A stretch of 24,000 bases of DNA. Source: Candidatus Phelpsiimicrobium noxiivivens (lineage in GTDB: Bacteria > Omnitrophota > Gorgyraeia > Velamenicoccales > Velamenicoccaceae). Under the pieces are notes generated by a model. That model was not told where the DNA came from, did not search any database, and worked only from the letters and a program-made list of their open reading frames with translations. How positions within the stretch are numbered: position 1 is the first letter of the stretch; each line of letters opens with the position of its first letter. A program made the position numbers and the translations under genes. This document shows positions 1 to 8,108 of this stretch, piece by piece. The stretch spans positions 1 through 24,000 of the forward strand of contig MNVR01000014.1 of the NCBI GenBank assembly GCA_001873995.1, written 5' to 3'.

Positions 1-150
1 CCCGCCGCTGTAATCCTTGCTGCAATGCCTCATCAATGAGCCACTGGTGAAAACCGGGAAGGCGATAAGGCTAAAAGGAGAGCCAGAAGACCTGCCTATA
101 GTTAAAACCTATAAACAACGGCTTCGAGGCAAAGCCAGGGTGCCAATAGA
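1..150 (+). promoter_or_regulatory. Cobalamin (B12) riboswitch aptamer, 5' part cut off by the window edge
   Basis: Conserved cobalamin-riboswitch strings read directly: CCGCTGTAA (5-13), GCCACTG (40-46), GGGAAGGC (56-63) and a B12 box AGCCAGAAGACCTGCC (81-96). It lies directly upstream of a TonB-dependent receptor, the classic btuB arrangement. Confidence 0.8.
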
Positions 151-159
151 TTGGGTTAA

Positions 160-199
160 CCCTTGACTTTTTAAAAGAGGCCAAGGGTTTTTTATTTTT
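160..199 (+). terminator. Intrinsic terminator acting as the riboswitch expression platform
   Basis: Stem CCCTTG (160-165) pairs with CAAGGG (182-187). It is followed by TTTTTT A TTTTT (188-199), 37 nt before the receptor ATG. Confidence 0.65.
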
Positions 200-235
200 A
201 TAACCATTTTTTAAGATATAGGAGAAAGAATAGCC

Positions 236-2254
236 ATGAAAAAATGCCTTATTATCGCAGTAATTTTTTTATTGCCAACTTTATGCGCGTTCGCCACGGA
301 GGAACCACAAATAGAATTAGATAAGATCGCGATAACTCCCTACGGTTACGAGGAAATATTGAATAAGACCGCTTCAAGTGTTACCACGATAACTCCGGGT
401 GAAATATTAAATTCAAATGCCCGAAAGGTGCTAGATATATTCAGGACTATCCCCGGCGTTACAGTGCGAGACTGGTATGGCAACGGAGCTCAAGCAGCTG
501 TGGATATGGCAGGCTTTGGAGAGCAGGCAGCGCTAAATGTGCTTGTATTAGTTAACGGCATGCGGGTTAATAACGTTGACCTAAGCGGCGTAGACTGGAG
601 CCAGATCCCGTTAGATCAGGTTGAGCGTATAGAGGTTATACGCGGTGGAGGCGCCGGGAGTGTATTGTACGGCGATAATGCCTCCGGAGGCGTGATCAAT
701 ATTATTACCAAAAAAGGTTCAGGCAAGCCTAAAGTAGATCTTCAAACAACATACGGCAGTTATGATATGAACGCGCAAAAATTATCTGTAGGCGGAGGGC
801 ACGGTGATAAGTTATCCTATTGGTTCAATGCCGGGCGTGACGCAACTAACGGATACCGTAATAATAGCTTCAACAAAAACACCGATTTTGCCTCTAAATT
901 GGAGTATAATTTCGGCAAAGCGTTATCTACGCATTTTAATTCGGGATTTCACGCTTCAACATTCGGCATGCCTGCTTCCTTAAATCAAAGTGTCATAAAC
1001 CAATTCAGTAGAACATACGCCAGATACGGCAAAGACCACGCCAACAATAAGGATTTCTATTTTGTTCTTGGGCCTAAAATAGAATCTTCATATCTCGGAA
1101 ATCTCAACATTGACTTTACTTACCGCCAGAAAAACACAGACACATACTTTTTAACATCAGGGCTATACACTCAGAGAAACAGGATAGAAACTTTTGGCAT
1201 ATTGCCCAAATACACTCTGGATCATGCTCTGTTTGAACACGATAACAAGCTGATCTCCGGCCTTGATTATTATCGGGTCTATTTTGATTCAAATAAATAC
1301 GCTATCCCTGATGACGCGATACAGAATCTTACATCTATCAATAAAACCTCCATTGGCGGCTATTTGCAAGATGAATTTTCCATCTTTAAGCAATTGACAG
1401 CGGTATGCGGCTATCGTTACGAGCTGACCCAATACGCATTTACTTACCATGATAACTCGGGCTGGAACCCTGACATAGATAACAAATTAAGGCCGCAACA
1501 AAGAGCATTTAACACAGGCCTCGTGTACACCTATCAGAATGATTCAAATGTTTTTTTCAATATAGGAAAAAGTTTCCGATTTCCTCAGGTAGATGAATTC
1601 ACTTTCAATGACGCGTTATTCCAGCAACAACTTAACACAAACCTTCAACCGCAATCTTCAATAAATTACCAGGTCGGCATACGACACAACTTCTCTGACC
1701 GGCTAAGCAGCAGTTTTTCATTGTTCAGAATGAATGTTAAAAATGAGATATATTATAATTCTACCGGTGGAGCATTAGGTTTCGGAGAGAATGAAAACTA
1801 TAATAAGACTGTCCACGAGGGCATTGAATCTTCTATCAATGAAAAATTGAACGACAAGGTTGCTTTATTTGCCAACTACACTTTTACCAATGCTTATTTT
1901 GACGGCGGGCAATACAACGAAAATGAGATACCATTAGTTCCCAAAAATAAGGGAAGTATCGGCATCAGATTATCTTTGCCCAATGACTTAAAGTTCAACA
2001 TAACAGGTACCTATCTCGGAAATAGATACTTCCTCAATGACCAAGCTAATGCATATTCCAAACTTAACGGATATATGTTAGCTGATACGAACCTATCCTG
2101 GCGCCACAATGATCTAACCGTCACTTTTGGCATTAACAATCTTTTTAATAGGATATACTCAGAATATGCCGGCGTTACAGTAGCCAACGGCATAAAATTC
2201 TATTATCCCAGCCCGGAAAGAAATTATACTTTAAAAGTAGATTATGCATTTTAG
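236..2254 (+). CDS. btuB: TonB-dependent outer-membrane receptor, likely cobalamin/corrinoid transporter (BtuB-like)
   Basis: 672 aa with a signal peptide. TonB-box-like LDKIAITPYG, plug-domain motif VERIEVIRGGGAGSVLYGDNASGGVINIITKKG, and a beta-barrel ending in the aromatic terminus ...LKVDYAF. AGGAG RBS. Sits behind a B12 riboswitch. Confidence 0.85.
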   Translation: MKKCLIIAVIFLLPTLCAFATEEPQIELDKIAITPYGYEEILNKTASSVTTITPGEILNSNARKVLDIFRTIPGVTVRDWYGNGAQAAVDMAGFGEQAALNVLVLVNGMRVNNVDLSGVDWSQIPLDQVERIEVIRGGGAGSVLYGDNASGGVINIITKKGSGKPKVDLQTTYGSYDMNAQKLSVGGGHGDKLSYWFNAGRDATNGYRNNSFNKNTDFASKLEYNFGKALSTHFNSGFHASTFGMPASLNQSVINQFSRTYARYGKDHANNKDFYFVLGPKIESSYLGNLNIDFTYRQKNTDTYFLTSGLYTQRNRIETFGILPKYTLDHALFEHDNKLISGLDYYRVYFDSNKYAIPDDAIQNLTSINKTSIGGYLQDEFSIFKQLTAVCGYRYELTQYAFTYHDNSGWNPDIDNKLRPQQRAFNTGLVYTYQNDSNVFFNIGKSFRFPQVDEFTFNDALFQQQLNTNLQPQSSINYQVGIRHNFSDRLSSSFSLFRMNVKNEIYYNSTGGALGFGENENYNKTVHEGIESSINEKLNDKVALFANYTFTNAYFDGGQYNENEIPLVPKNKGSIGIRLSLPNDLKFNITGTYLGNRYFLNDQANAYSKLNGYMLADTNLSWRHNDLTVTFGINNLFNRIYSEYAGVTVANGIKFYYPSPERNYTLKVDYAF

Positions 2255-2290
2255 TTTTGCGTGCTGCATAAATTCTGATAAAATAACTAT

Positions 2291-2947
2291 ATGAACGAAG
2301 GTTTGAAATTCCTGGGATTTTTGGGCGTATCTCTTGCCATACATATGTCCCTATTTATTGTTATGCCTTATCACGCGCTTACACAGGCTATACGGCCCTT
2401 AAAACCAATTGAGGTATCTTACAAACTGTCCGTTAACAGCAGGCCACAGGAACGCGCCCAGCGCGCGCAAAACAAAACCATCGGGCAAATTCCTTCATTG
2501 TCGGATAAAAAAATATCCACCGAATTCATAAAAAATGAGATCTTTAAAGAGAAACCAATACTGAATTCTGGCTATAAACCTTCGTATAAAGAAGGCCCCG
2601 GCTCCTTGAAAAAAAATGTAAGCCTTCCAAATATTCCGGGTGAGACATTTAAGACGCCTGAATATAAAAGCTACTACCAGCTCATACGCGAAAAAATAAG
2701 AAGGTTCGCCTACTATAATTACAGAAAACTGCAGGAGGGAGAGGTCTTTTTAACATTTTCCCTTACGCCTAAGGGAGAGCTTGCTGAAGTATCCGTCAAC
2801 GAACAAAAATCCTCAAAAGACGAATATTTGCGCAATACCGCGTTGAACAGCATCAGAGAAGCAGCCCCTTTTGGCGATTTTCCGGAGAAACTTAAAAAGA
2901 ACCTTAAACTTTCCTTCAATGTCATTATCTCCTTTGAGGTCAAATAA
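2291..2947 (+). CDS. tonB: TonB-family energy transducer
   Basis: 218 aa. N-terminal TM anchor carries the S-x3-H signature (VSLAIH). The C-terminal TonB_C-like domain reads EGEVFLTFSLTPKGELAEVSVNEQKSS...LRNTALNSIREAAPFGDFP. Confidence 0.75.
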   Translation: MNEGLKFLGFLGVSLAIHMSLFIVMPYHALTQAIRPLKPIEVSYKLSVNSRPQERAQRAQNKTIGQIPSLSDKKISTEFIKNEIFKEKPILNSGYKPSYKEGPGSLKKNVSLPNIPGETFKTPEYKSYYQLIREKIRRFAYYNYRKLQEGEVFLTFSLTPKGELAEVSVNEQKSSKDEYLRNTALNSIREAAPFGDFPEKLKKNLKLSFNVIISFEVK

Positions 2948-2952
2948 CTGCA

Positions 2953-2981
2953 TTGACAGACATCTAATAAGGTGTTATATT
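2953..2981 (+). promoter_or_regulatory. Sigma70-type promoter for rpsU
   Basis: TTGACA (2953-2958), a 17-nt spacer, then TGt-TATATT (extended -10, hexamer 2976-2981). It lies 33 nt upstream of the rpsU ATG. Confidence 0.6.
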
Positions 2982-3013
2982 AAACAAATTAGTTTTAAGA
3001 AAGGGTGAAAACA

Positions 3014-3175
3014 ATGTCAGAAGTAGAAGTCAGAAAAGACGAGTCTTTTGAGTCGGCCCTCAGGCGTTTCAAAAGGAAAATTGAGCGCGAAGGCATCTTA
3101 AAAGAAGTCAAAGACCGCAAACATTACGAGAAACCCAGCGAAAAAAGGCGAAAAAAAGCCCGTCGTAGATTCTAA
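3014..3175 (+). CDS. rpsU: 30S ribosomal protein S21
   Basis: Hand-translated; below the size cutoff of the ORF track. MSEVEVRKDESFESALRRFKRKIEREGILKEVKDRKHYEKPSEKRRKKARRRF (53 aa) carries the S21 hallmark ALRRFKR...YEKPSE. RBS-like AAGGGTGA lies upstream. Confidence 0.9.
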   Translation: MSEVEVRKDESFESALRRFKRKIEREGILKEVKDRKHYEKPSEKRRKKARRRF

Positions 3176-3177
3176 CG

Positions 3178-4092
3178 ATGTTCGCACTATCTACAGCTTG
3201 GAATGCCGATAGATACCAGAATGGCAATAGTATCGCGCGCGAAATATACAGCTTAGGATTAAAAAAGCTGGAATTAAATTTCTCCTTGACATCCAAAATG
3301 GTTGAGGAGATTTTTAACTTTACGAGGCAAAACGGCGTTGCTATCACGAGCCTCCACAACTACTGCCCCATTCCTGAAGTCATGCCGCGAGAAAAAGCCC
3401 TGCCGGACTGTTTTTCACTTTCCTCAATGGATGAAGCTGAAAGAAAAAAAGCGCTGGAATACACAAAGATAACCATCTCAACCGCCAAAAAACTGAAAGC
3501 CAAAACTGTTGTCCTGCATTGCGGCAGAGTAGAGATAGCTGATCACACAAGGAAGCTCATCGGCCTTTATAACCAAGGCAGGGAAAAAAGCGAAGAATAC
3601 AAACAGATCTTTAATGCTTTTATAAAAGAACGAAAAACAAAAAGTCAGGGTTACCTAGGCCAGATACTGAAAAGCCTTGAAGTATTGAGCAGCTTCGCGC
3701 TAAAACTGGACATTTTTTTAGGTATAGAGAACAGGTTCTACTACCGCGAAATACCAAGCTATGAAGAATTTGATATCCTATTTGACAGATTCAAGAATAA
3801 AAATGTAGTTTACTGGCACGATGTAGGGCACGCTTATATATTAGAAAAACTCGGGTTTATGAAAGAGATGTCACTGCTTAAAAAATTCGGAGCTCATCTC
3901 TACGGCGCGCACCTGCACAACATAAAAAACCTCGTTGACCATCAAGCGCCTATCTCGGGAGACTTTGACTTTCATAAACTGAAACCTTATATACGCAGCA
4001 ATACCATTAAAGTAATAGAGGCCCACAGCCAAGCAGAGCCTGAATCTATAACAAGGTCTATTCTTTACTTGACGGAGGCTCTGGGTGATTAG
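3178..4092 (+). CDS. Xylose-isomerase-like TIM-barrel protein (sugar phosphate isomerase/epimerase, AP endonuclease 2 superfamily); specific function unknown
   Basis: 304 aa with family-typical strand motifs: VVLHCG, LGIENRF, WHDVGHA and a C-terminal IEAH. The start lies 2 nt after the rpsU stop. Confidence 0.65.
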   Translation: MFALSTAWNADRYQNGNSIAREIYSLGLKKLELNFSLTSKMVEEIFNFTRQNGVAITSLHNYCPIPEVMPREKALPDCFSLSSMDEAERKKALEYTKITISTAKKLKAKTVVLHCGRVEIADHTRKLIGLYNQGREKSEEYKQIFNAFIKERKTKSQGYLGQILKSLEVLSSFALKLDIFLGIENRFYYREIPSYEEFDILFDRFKNKNVVYWHDVGHAYILEKLGFMKEMSLLKKFGAHLYGAHLHNIKNLVDHQAPISGDFDFHKLKPYIRSNTIKVIEAHSQAEPESITRSILYLTEALGD

Positions 4093-4897
4093 AAAACCAG
4101 CTGTCGCGGGCCAGTTTTATCCATCAGATCCTATTGAACTTAAAAAACTTATCAATAGTTTCGTCGCGAAAGATAAAGCCATTGTTAAGGAAAAGGCTAT
4201 CGCCTGCATCCTGCCTCACGCGGGTTACATATATTCCGGCAAGGTCGCCTCTGATGTCTTATCATCCATAGAAGTCGCGCGGACCTGCCTGATCATAGGC
4301 CCTAATCATTCAGGTTATGGTGAACCATCAAGCATATCAAGAGAAGGCGAATGGCAGACGCCTTTGGGGAACATAAAAATAGATACCGCGCTTGCTGATG
4401 AATTGATCAAAAACTCTGTGTATTTGGTTGATGACCCAGCGGCTCACGCCAATGAACACTGTGTAGAAGTAGAACTTCCTTTGATCCAGGAGCTTTCAGG
4501 AAAAGATTTTACTTTCGTACCCATGGTACTTGCGTGGGCAGACGATTTAGTGTATAAAGATATAGTTGGATCTATCGTTAAAAGTATCAAAACCCTGAAA
4601 AAAAACGTGACATTGATCGCCTCATCCGACATGACCCATTACGAATCTCAGAACTCAGCCGCTCATAAAGACGAAGAAGCCATTAAGGCCATCCTTCGGC
4701 TGAATGAAACGGAGTTGCTTGAGGCTATTGAGCGCCTTTCCATATCCATGTGCGGTTACATACCAACGGTCGTTACGATCATGGCGGCGAAAAAACTGGG
4801 CGCGAAAAGAGCCTCACTTATCTCTTATCAGACAAGCGGAGATGTCACAGGTGACTACTCATCAGTTGTAGGTTACGCCGGGATGATCATACAATAA
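4085..4897 (+). CDS. Memo-like protein (AmmeMemoRadiSam system protein B family)
   Basis: 270 aa. N-terminus (M)IRKPAVAGQFYPSDP, plus PHAGYIYSG, GPNH and SSDMTHY motifs typical of the MEMO1/TIGR04336 family. GTG start with GGAGG 5 nt upstream. Overlaps the TIM-barrel gene by 8 nt. Confidence 0.8.
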   Translation: MIRKPAVAGQFYPSDPIELKKLINSFVAKDKAIVKEKAIACILPHAGYIYSGKVASDVLSSIEVARTCLIIGPNHSGYGEPSSISREGEWQTPLGNIKIDTALADELIKNSVYLVDDPAAHANEHCVEVELPLIQELSGKDFTFVPMVLAWADDLVYKDIVGSIVKSIKTLKKNVTLIASSDMTHYESQNSAAHKDEEAIKAILRLNETELLEAIERLSISMCGYIPTVVTIMAAKKLGAKRASLISYQTSGDVTGDYSSVVGYAGMIIQ

Positions 4898-4924
4898 TAC
4901 AAACAAGTAACGAGAGGGCAAAAC

Positions 4925-5272
4925 ATGGCGGATAATACAGACAAAAAGGTAGACGAAAGCTGGAAAGAAAAAGCAAAAATAGCTCCACAAGCAGAACAAA
5001 AACAAGAAAAAAACGATCTTCCTGAAGCTGATTTCAAATTTTTTCTTACTACCTTAGGAATGCAGGCTTGGATAGCCCTAGGTATGGTCCCAAACCCAAT
5101 TAACAATAAGACAGAAGAAAATATCAACCAGGCTAAATTCATCATAGACACTCTTGAGGTCCTGCAACAAAAAACAAAAGGCAATCTGGACAAAGATGAA
5201 GCAGAACTGCTGGAACACCTTCTTTATGACCTGCGGCTCGCTTTCGTGGATAAGACAATGAAGAAAGGGTAA
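4925..5272 (+). CDS. DUF1844 domain protein
   Basis: 115 aa. [27 protein letters not shown]...[15 protein letters not shown]...[15 protein letters not shown] matches my recollection of the DUF1844 pattern. GAGAGGG RBS. Confidence 0.7.
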   Translation: MADNTDKKVDESWKEKAKIAPQAEQKQEKNDLPEADFKFFLTTLGMQAWIALGMVPNPINNKTEENINQAKFIIDTLEVLQQKTKGNLDKDEAELLEHLLYDLRLAFVDKTMKKG

Positions 5273-5279
5273 AAACTTT

Positions 5280-5438
5280 ATGCTAGATAAAAAACTTCTT
5301 GAGATATTGGCTTGCCCTAAATGCAAAAAAGCGATAAAAGAAGAAAAAGATGAACTTATATGCCTTAGTTGCCGTAAGGCATATCCTGTAAAAGACGGCA
5401 TACCCATTATGCTCATAGAAGAAGCGAGGGACCTATGA
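5280..5438 (+). CDS. Trm112/UPF0434-family zinc-ribbon mini-protein
   Basis: Hand-translated; not in the ORF track. [52 protein letters not shown] (52 aa) has CPxC...CxxC and the DGIPIML signature. Its stop overlaps the aroQ ATG (ATGA). Confidence 0.8.
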   Translation: MLDKKLLEILACPKCKKAIKEEKDELICLSCRKAYPVKDGIPIMLIEEARDL

Positions 5439-5872
5439 AAAAAATCCTGGTGACCCACGGGCCAAATCTAGGCCTGCTCGGGAGAAGAGAGCCTAAAGTA
5501 TACGGAAAGATCTCGTTAGAAAAAATAAATACGGAATTAAAGGCGCTTGCCAAAAAAGCAAAAATAGCTATCACTATCGTCCAGTCAAACCACGAAGGCG
5601 AGATCGTTGACATCATAGGCGATTCGCGTAATAAGTTTGATTGCCTGATCATCAACCCCGCCGCCTACACGCACACTAGTGTCGCGATAAGGGACTCAAT
5701 AGCCGCGTCCGGAATTAAGACGATCGAAGCACACCTCTCGAACATCTACGCCAGGGAAGAATTCAGGCAAACCTCATTAAGCGCGCCTGTTTGCGTAGGC
5801 CAGATCTCAGGATTTAGCGCTCAGAGCCATATCCTGGCATTTACGGCAGCGCAATCCCTCATAAACCGCTAA
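5435..5872 (+). CDS. aroQ: Type II 3-dehydroquinate dehydratase
   Basis: 145 aa. [21 protein letters not shown]...[10 protein letters not shown]...[15 protein letters not shown]. Confidence 0.9.
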   Translation: MKKILVTHGPNLGLLGRREPKVYGKISLEKINTELKALAKKAKIAITIVQSNHEGEIVDIIGDSRNKFDCLIINPAAYTHTSVAIRDSIAASGIKTIEAHLSNIYAREEFRQTSLSAPVCVGQISGFSAQSHILAFTAAQSLINR

Positions 5873-6936
5873 TGCGATTCAAAAAGATCGCGCGCCTGTT
5901 AAACACGTTAAAAATAGACGCCCTGCTCATAAGCTCAACGCCTAATATATCTTATTGCGCTGGATTTTTCGCGCCTGATTCATACCTGGCCATAACCAAA
6001 GATAAGGCTGTCATCATAACGGACTCAAGATACGCCTCAGACTTCTCAAGAAAGGTAAAAGAGCCATTTGCTATAAAAGAATATAAAACCTCCGTGTTTA
6101 AGGCCATAATCAACACCTTGAAACAAATGGCGGTCAAAGAAGCCGGTTTTGAATCAAGACACCTGACTTTTGCCGAATGTGAGATACTCTGTAGCCTCGG
6201 CTCTAAACACATAAAATTCATTCCTTTGAAAGAAACTGTTGAACCTTTGCGCGAGATCAAAGATGACGAAGAAATAAAAAACATAAAAAAAGCTTTAGAG
6301 ATCAATTTAAAAGCGTTCGCCTTTATTAAAAAAATGATAAAACCGGGAGTCAGGGAGCTTGAGATAGCAGCGCATCTTGAGCGTTTCATTAGGTTACAGG
6401 GCGCTACATCAAGCGCCTTTGATATTATCGTAGCCTCAGGACCTAATTCTTCCTATCCGCACGCCGGCATATCCTCACGCGTTATGCAAAATGGAGAAAC
6501 AGTCATTATTGATATGGGTGTAGCCTATAACGGCTATAAATGCGACTTGACACGCACTTGGTTTTTGGGTAAAATTAAACCCATTGCGCGAAAGGTTTAT
6601 AGAATAGTATATGAGGCGCAACAAAAAGCTATTAAGGCTATCCGGCCGGGTGTTACCGCAAAAAGCATAGATTCAGCCGCGCGTAATTATATAGCCGAAA
6701 AAGGGTTTGGCGGATTTTTCGGCCACTCACTAGGCCACGGAGTCGGGCTCGAAGTCCACGAGTCTCCCTATATAAACAGAAAAAATCACAATATTATAAA
6801 CGCGAATATGATATTTACAGTAGAGCCCGGTATTTATTTACCCGGTGAATTCGGGGTCAGGATAGAAGATATGGTATTGGTCAACAACAACGGCGCGGAG
6901 GCCTTAAGTGGGAACTGTAGCGATAAATCAGATTAA
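5872..6936 (+). CDS. pepP: M24-family Xaa-Pro aminopeptidase/dipeptidase
   Basis: 354 aa. Creatinase-like N-domain plus a pita-bread domain with DMGVAYNGYKCDLTRT, HSLGHGVGLEVHE and FTVEPGIY...RIEDMVLV. Conserved aroQ-pepP-efp order. Confidence 0.8.
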   Translation: MRFKKIARLLNTLKIDALLISSTPNISYCAGFFAPDSYLAITKDKAVIITDSRYASDFSRKVKEPFAIKEYKTSVFKAIINTLKQMAVKEAGFESRHLTFAECEILCSLGSKHIKFIPLKETVEPLREIKDDEEIKNIKKALEINLKAFAFIKKMIKPGVRELEIAAHLERFIRLQGATSSAFDIIVASGPNSSYPHAGISSRVMQNGETVIIDMGVAYNGYKCDLTRTWFLGKIKPIARKVYRIVYEAQQKAIKAIRPGVTAKSIDSAARNYIAEKGFGGFFGHSLGHGVGLEVHESPYINRKNHNIINANMIFTVEPGIYLPGEFGVRIEDMVLVNNNGAEALSGNCSDKSD

Positions 6937-7474
6937 GATAGGCGTGACCATAGAATTAGATGGCACGCCTTACGTAGTAACAAATGTTGAACACGTCAAA
7001 CCGGGCAAAGGTGGAGCATTCGTGCGCACCAAGCTAAGAAACTTCAAATTAGATACTATAATTGAGAGGACATTTAGATCAGACGATAAAATAGAAGAGG
7101 CATACATTGAAGAAAAGACCTTACAATTCTCATATCACTCAGGAGACTTCAGCCACTTCATTGATTCTGAGACTTACGAAGATATAACCATAGAAAAAAC
7201 AAAACTTCGCGATGCCCATAAATTTTTGAAAGATAACCTGGAGGTAACAGTACTTTATCATAAAGGCGAGCTGATCGCGGTCATACTTCCTAATTTCGTC
7301 GTATACACTATCACCCAGACCGAACCCGGGATAAAAGGGGATACCGCAAAAAGCGGAGGAAAGCCGGCGACTATTGAATCCGGGGCTATAATCCAGGTGC
7401 CGCTTTTTATTGACGTAGGCACCAAGGTCAAAATAGACACAAGGACCGGCGAATATATAGAAAGAGCCGTATAA
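6908..7474 (+). CDS. efp: Elongation factor P
   Basis: 188 aa. INQIKIGVTIELDGTPYVV...HVKPGKGGAFVRTKLRN. GTG start with GGAGG 7 nt upstream. Overlaps pepP by 29 nt. Confidence 0.9.
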   Translation: MGTVAINQIKIGVTIELDGTPYVVTNVEHVKPGKGGAFVRTKLRNFKLDTIIERTFRSDDKIEEAYIEEKTLQFSYHSGDFSHFIDSETYEDITIEKTKLRDAHKFLKDNLEVTVLYHKGELIAVILPNFVVYTITQTEPGIKGDTAKSGGKPATIESGAIIQVPLFIDVGTKVKIDTRTGEYIERAV

Positions 7475-7498
7475 AGAATAAGATTGGAGGGCAAATTA

Positions 7499-7981
7499 AT
7501 GAATATCAAAGAGATTAAGGAAATGATTAATCTCATGAACGAAAACAACCTGACCGAGCTTGAGGTTGAAAAGGATGGGATGCGCGTCCGTCTAAAAAAA
7601 GGGCCAAGCGGAGAGATCTCCATGGAAGGCTTTAGAAATAACGTGAACGCGGTGCCTCTATCAGCTGAACAACCGATAGCCTATTCAAACACCGCTTTAC
7701 CCACCAATGAAACGACTATACAAAAGGTAGCCCCCGCTAAAACAGTAGAGATCAAATCACCCATGGTAGGAACATTTTATAGGGCTCCATCGCCTGAATC
7801 TCCGCCATTCGCGGAGATCAATCAGGAGATAGAAGTAGGCCAGGTCATCTGCATCGTGGAAGCCATGAAATTAATGAATGAAATAAAGTCCGAGATCAAA
7901 GGTAAGATTATAGACATACTTATAGATAATGCCGAGCCGGTTGAATTTGGCCAGCCATTATTCCTTATAGAGCCAGCGTAA
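7499..7981 (+). CDS. accB: Acetyl-CoA carboxylase biotin carboxyl carrier protein
   Basis: Biotinylation motif EAMKLMNEI and a C-terminal lipoyl-like fold. I prefer ATG 7499 (GGAGGG 7 nt upstream) over the TTG at 7484 used by the track. Confidence 0.88.
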   Translation: MNIKEIKEMINLMNENNLTELEVEKDGMRVRLKKGPSGEISMEGFRNNVNAVPLSAEQPIAYSNTALPTNETTIQKVAPAKTVEIKSPMVGTFYRAPSPESPPFAEINQEIEVGQVICIVEAMKLMNEIKSEIKGKIIDILIDNAEPVEFGQPLFLIEPA

Positions 7982-7982
7982 A

Positions 7983-8104
7983 CCCCGTTAGAGATGACGA
8001 TCCTCAGCTATCGGGTGGAAAACAATTTTATGGAAACGCGACGCTTGTCAATAAATTTATTGCTAACAGATGGGCCGCATAAATGCGGCCCATCTCTAAC
8101 GGGG
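7983..8104. mobile_element. MITE-like non-coding insert (122 bp) with 14-bp perfect terminal inverted repeats and flanking TAAA direct repeat
   Basis: CCCCGTTAGAGATG (7983-7996) is the exact reverse complement of CATCTCTAACGGGG (8091-8104). TAAA is present at 7979-7982 and 8105-8108. There is no ORF. Internal elements are an 11-bp GC-rich hairpin and a 14-nt AT palindrome. Confidence 0.5.
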
Positions 8105-8108
8105 TAAA

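Noticed and set aside
7484-7498. Upstream alternative starts used by the ORF track: TTG 7484 for accB and 9887 for the AmaP-like gene.
   Set aside because: In both cases a canonical ATG lies 4-8 nt downstream of a GGAGG/AGGAG motif. The upstream starts would place that motif inside the coding sequence.
7983-8104. Reading the accB-accC insert as an integron attC site, because its termini contain GTTAGAG / CTCTAAC, which resemble GTTRRRY / RYYYAAC.
   Set aside because: The order is inverted relative to attC (inverse core should come first). Each core misses the consensus at one position. There is no integrase or cassette structure nearby.
7983-8104. Known small RNAs or ribozymes (SRP/4.5S RNA, hammerhead) in the 127-nt accB-accC spacer.
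   Set aside because: There is no CUGAnGA...GAAA hammerhead core and none of the SRP domain IV motifs. The only match is a superficial GATGACGA string.
8068-8108. Reading the GC-rich hairpin at 8068-8095 as an intrinsic terminator separating accB from accC.
   Set aside because: No U-tract follows (CTCTAACGGGGTAAAGTG), and accC has no recognisable promoter of its own. An RNA-structure or insert interpretation fits better.
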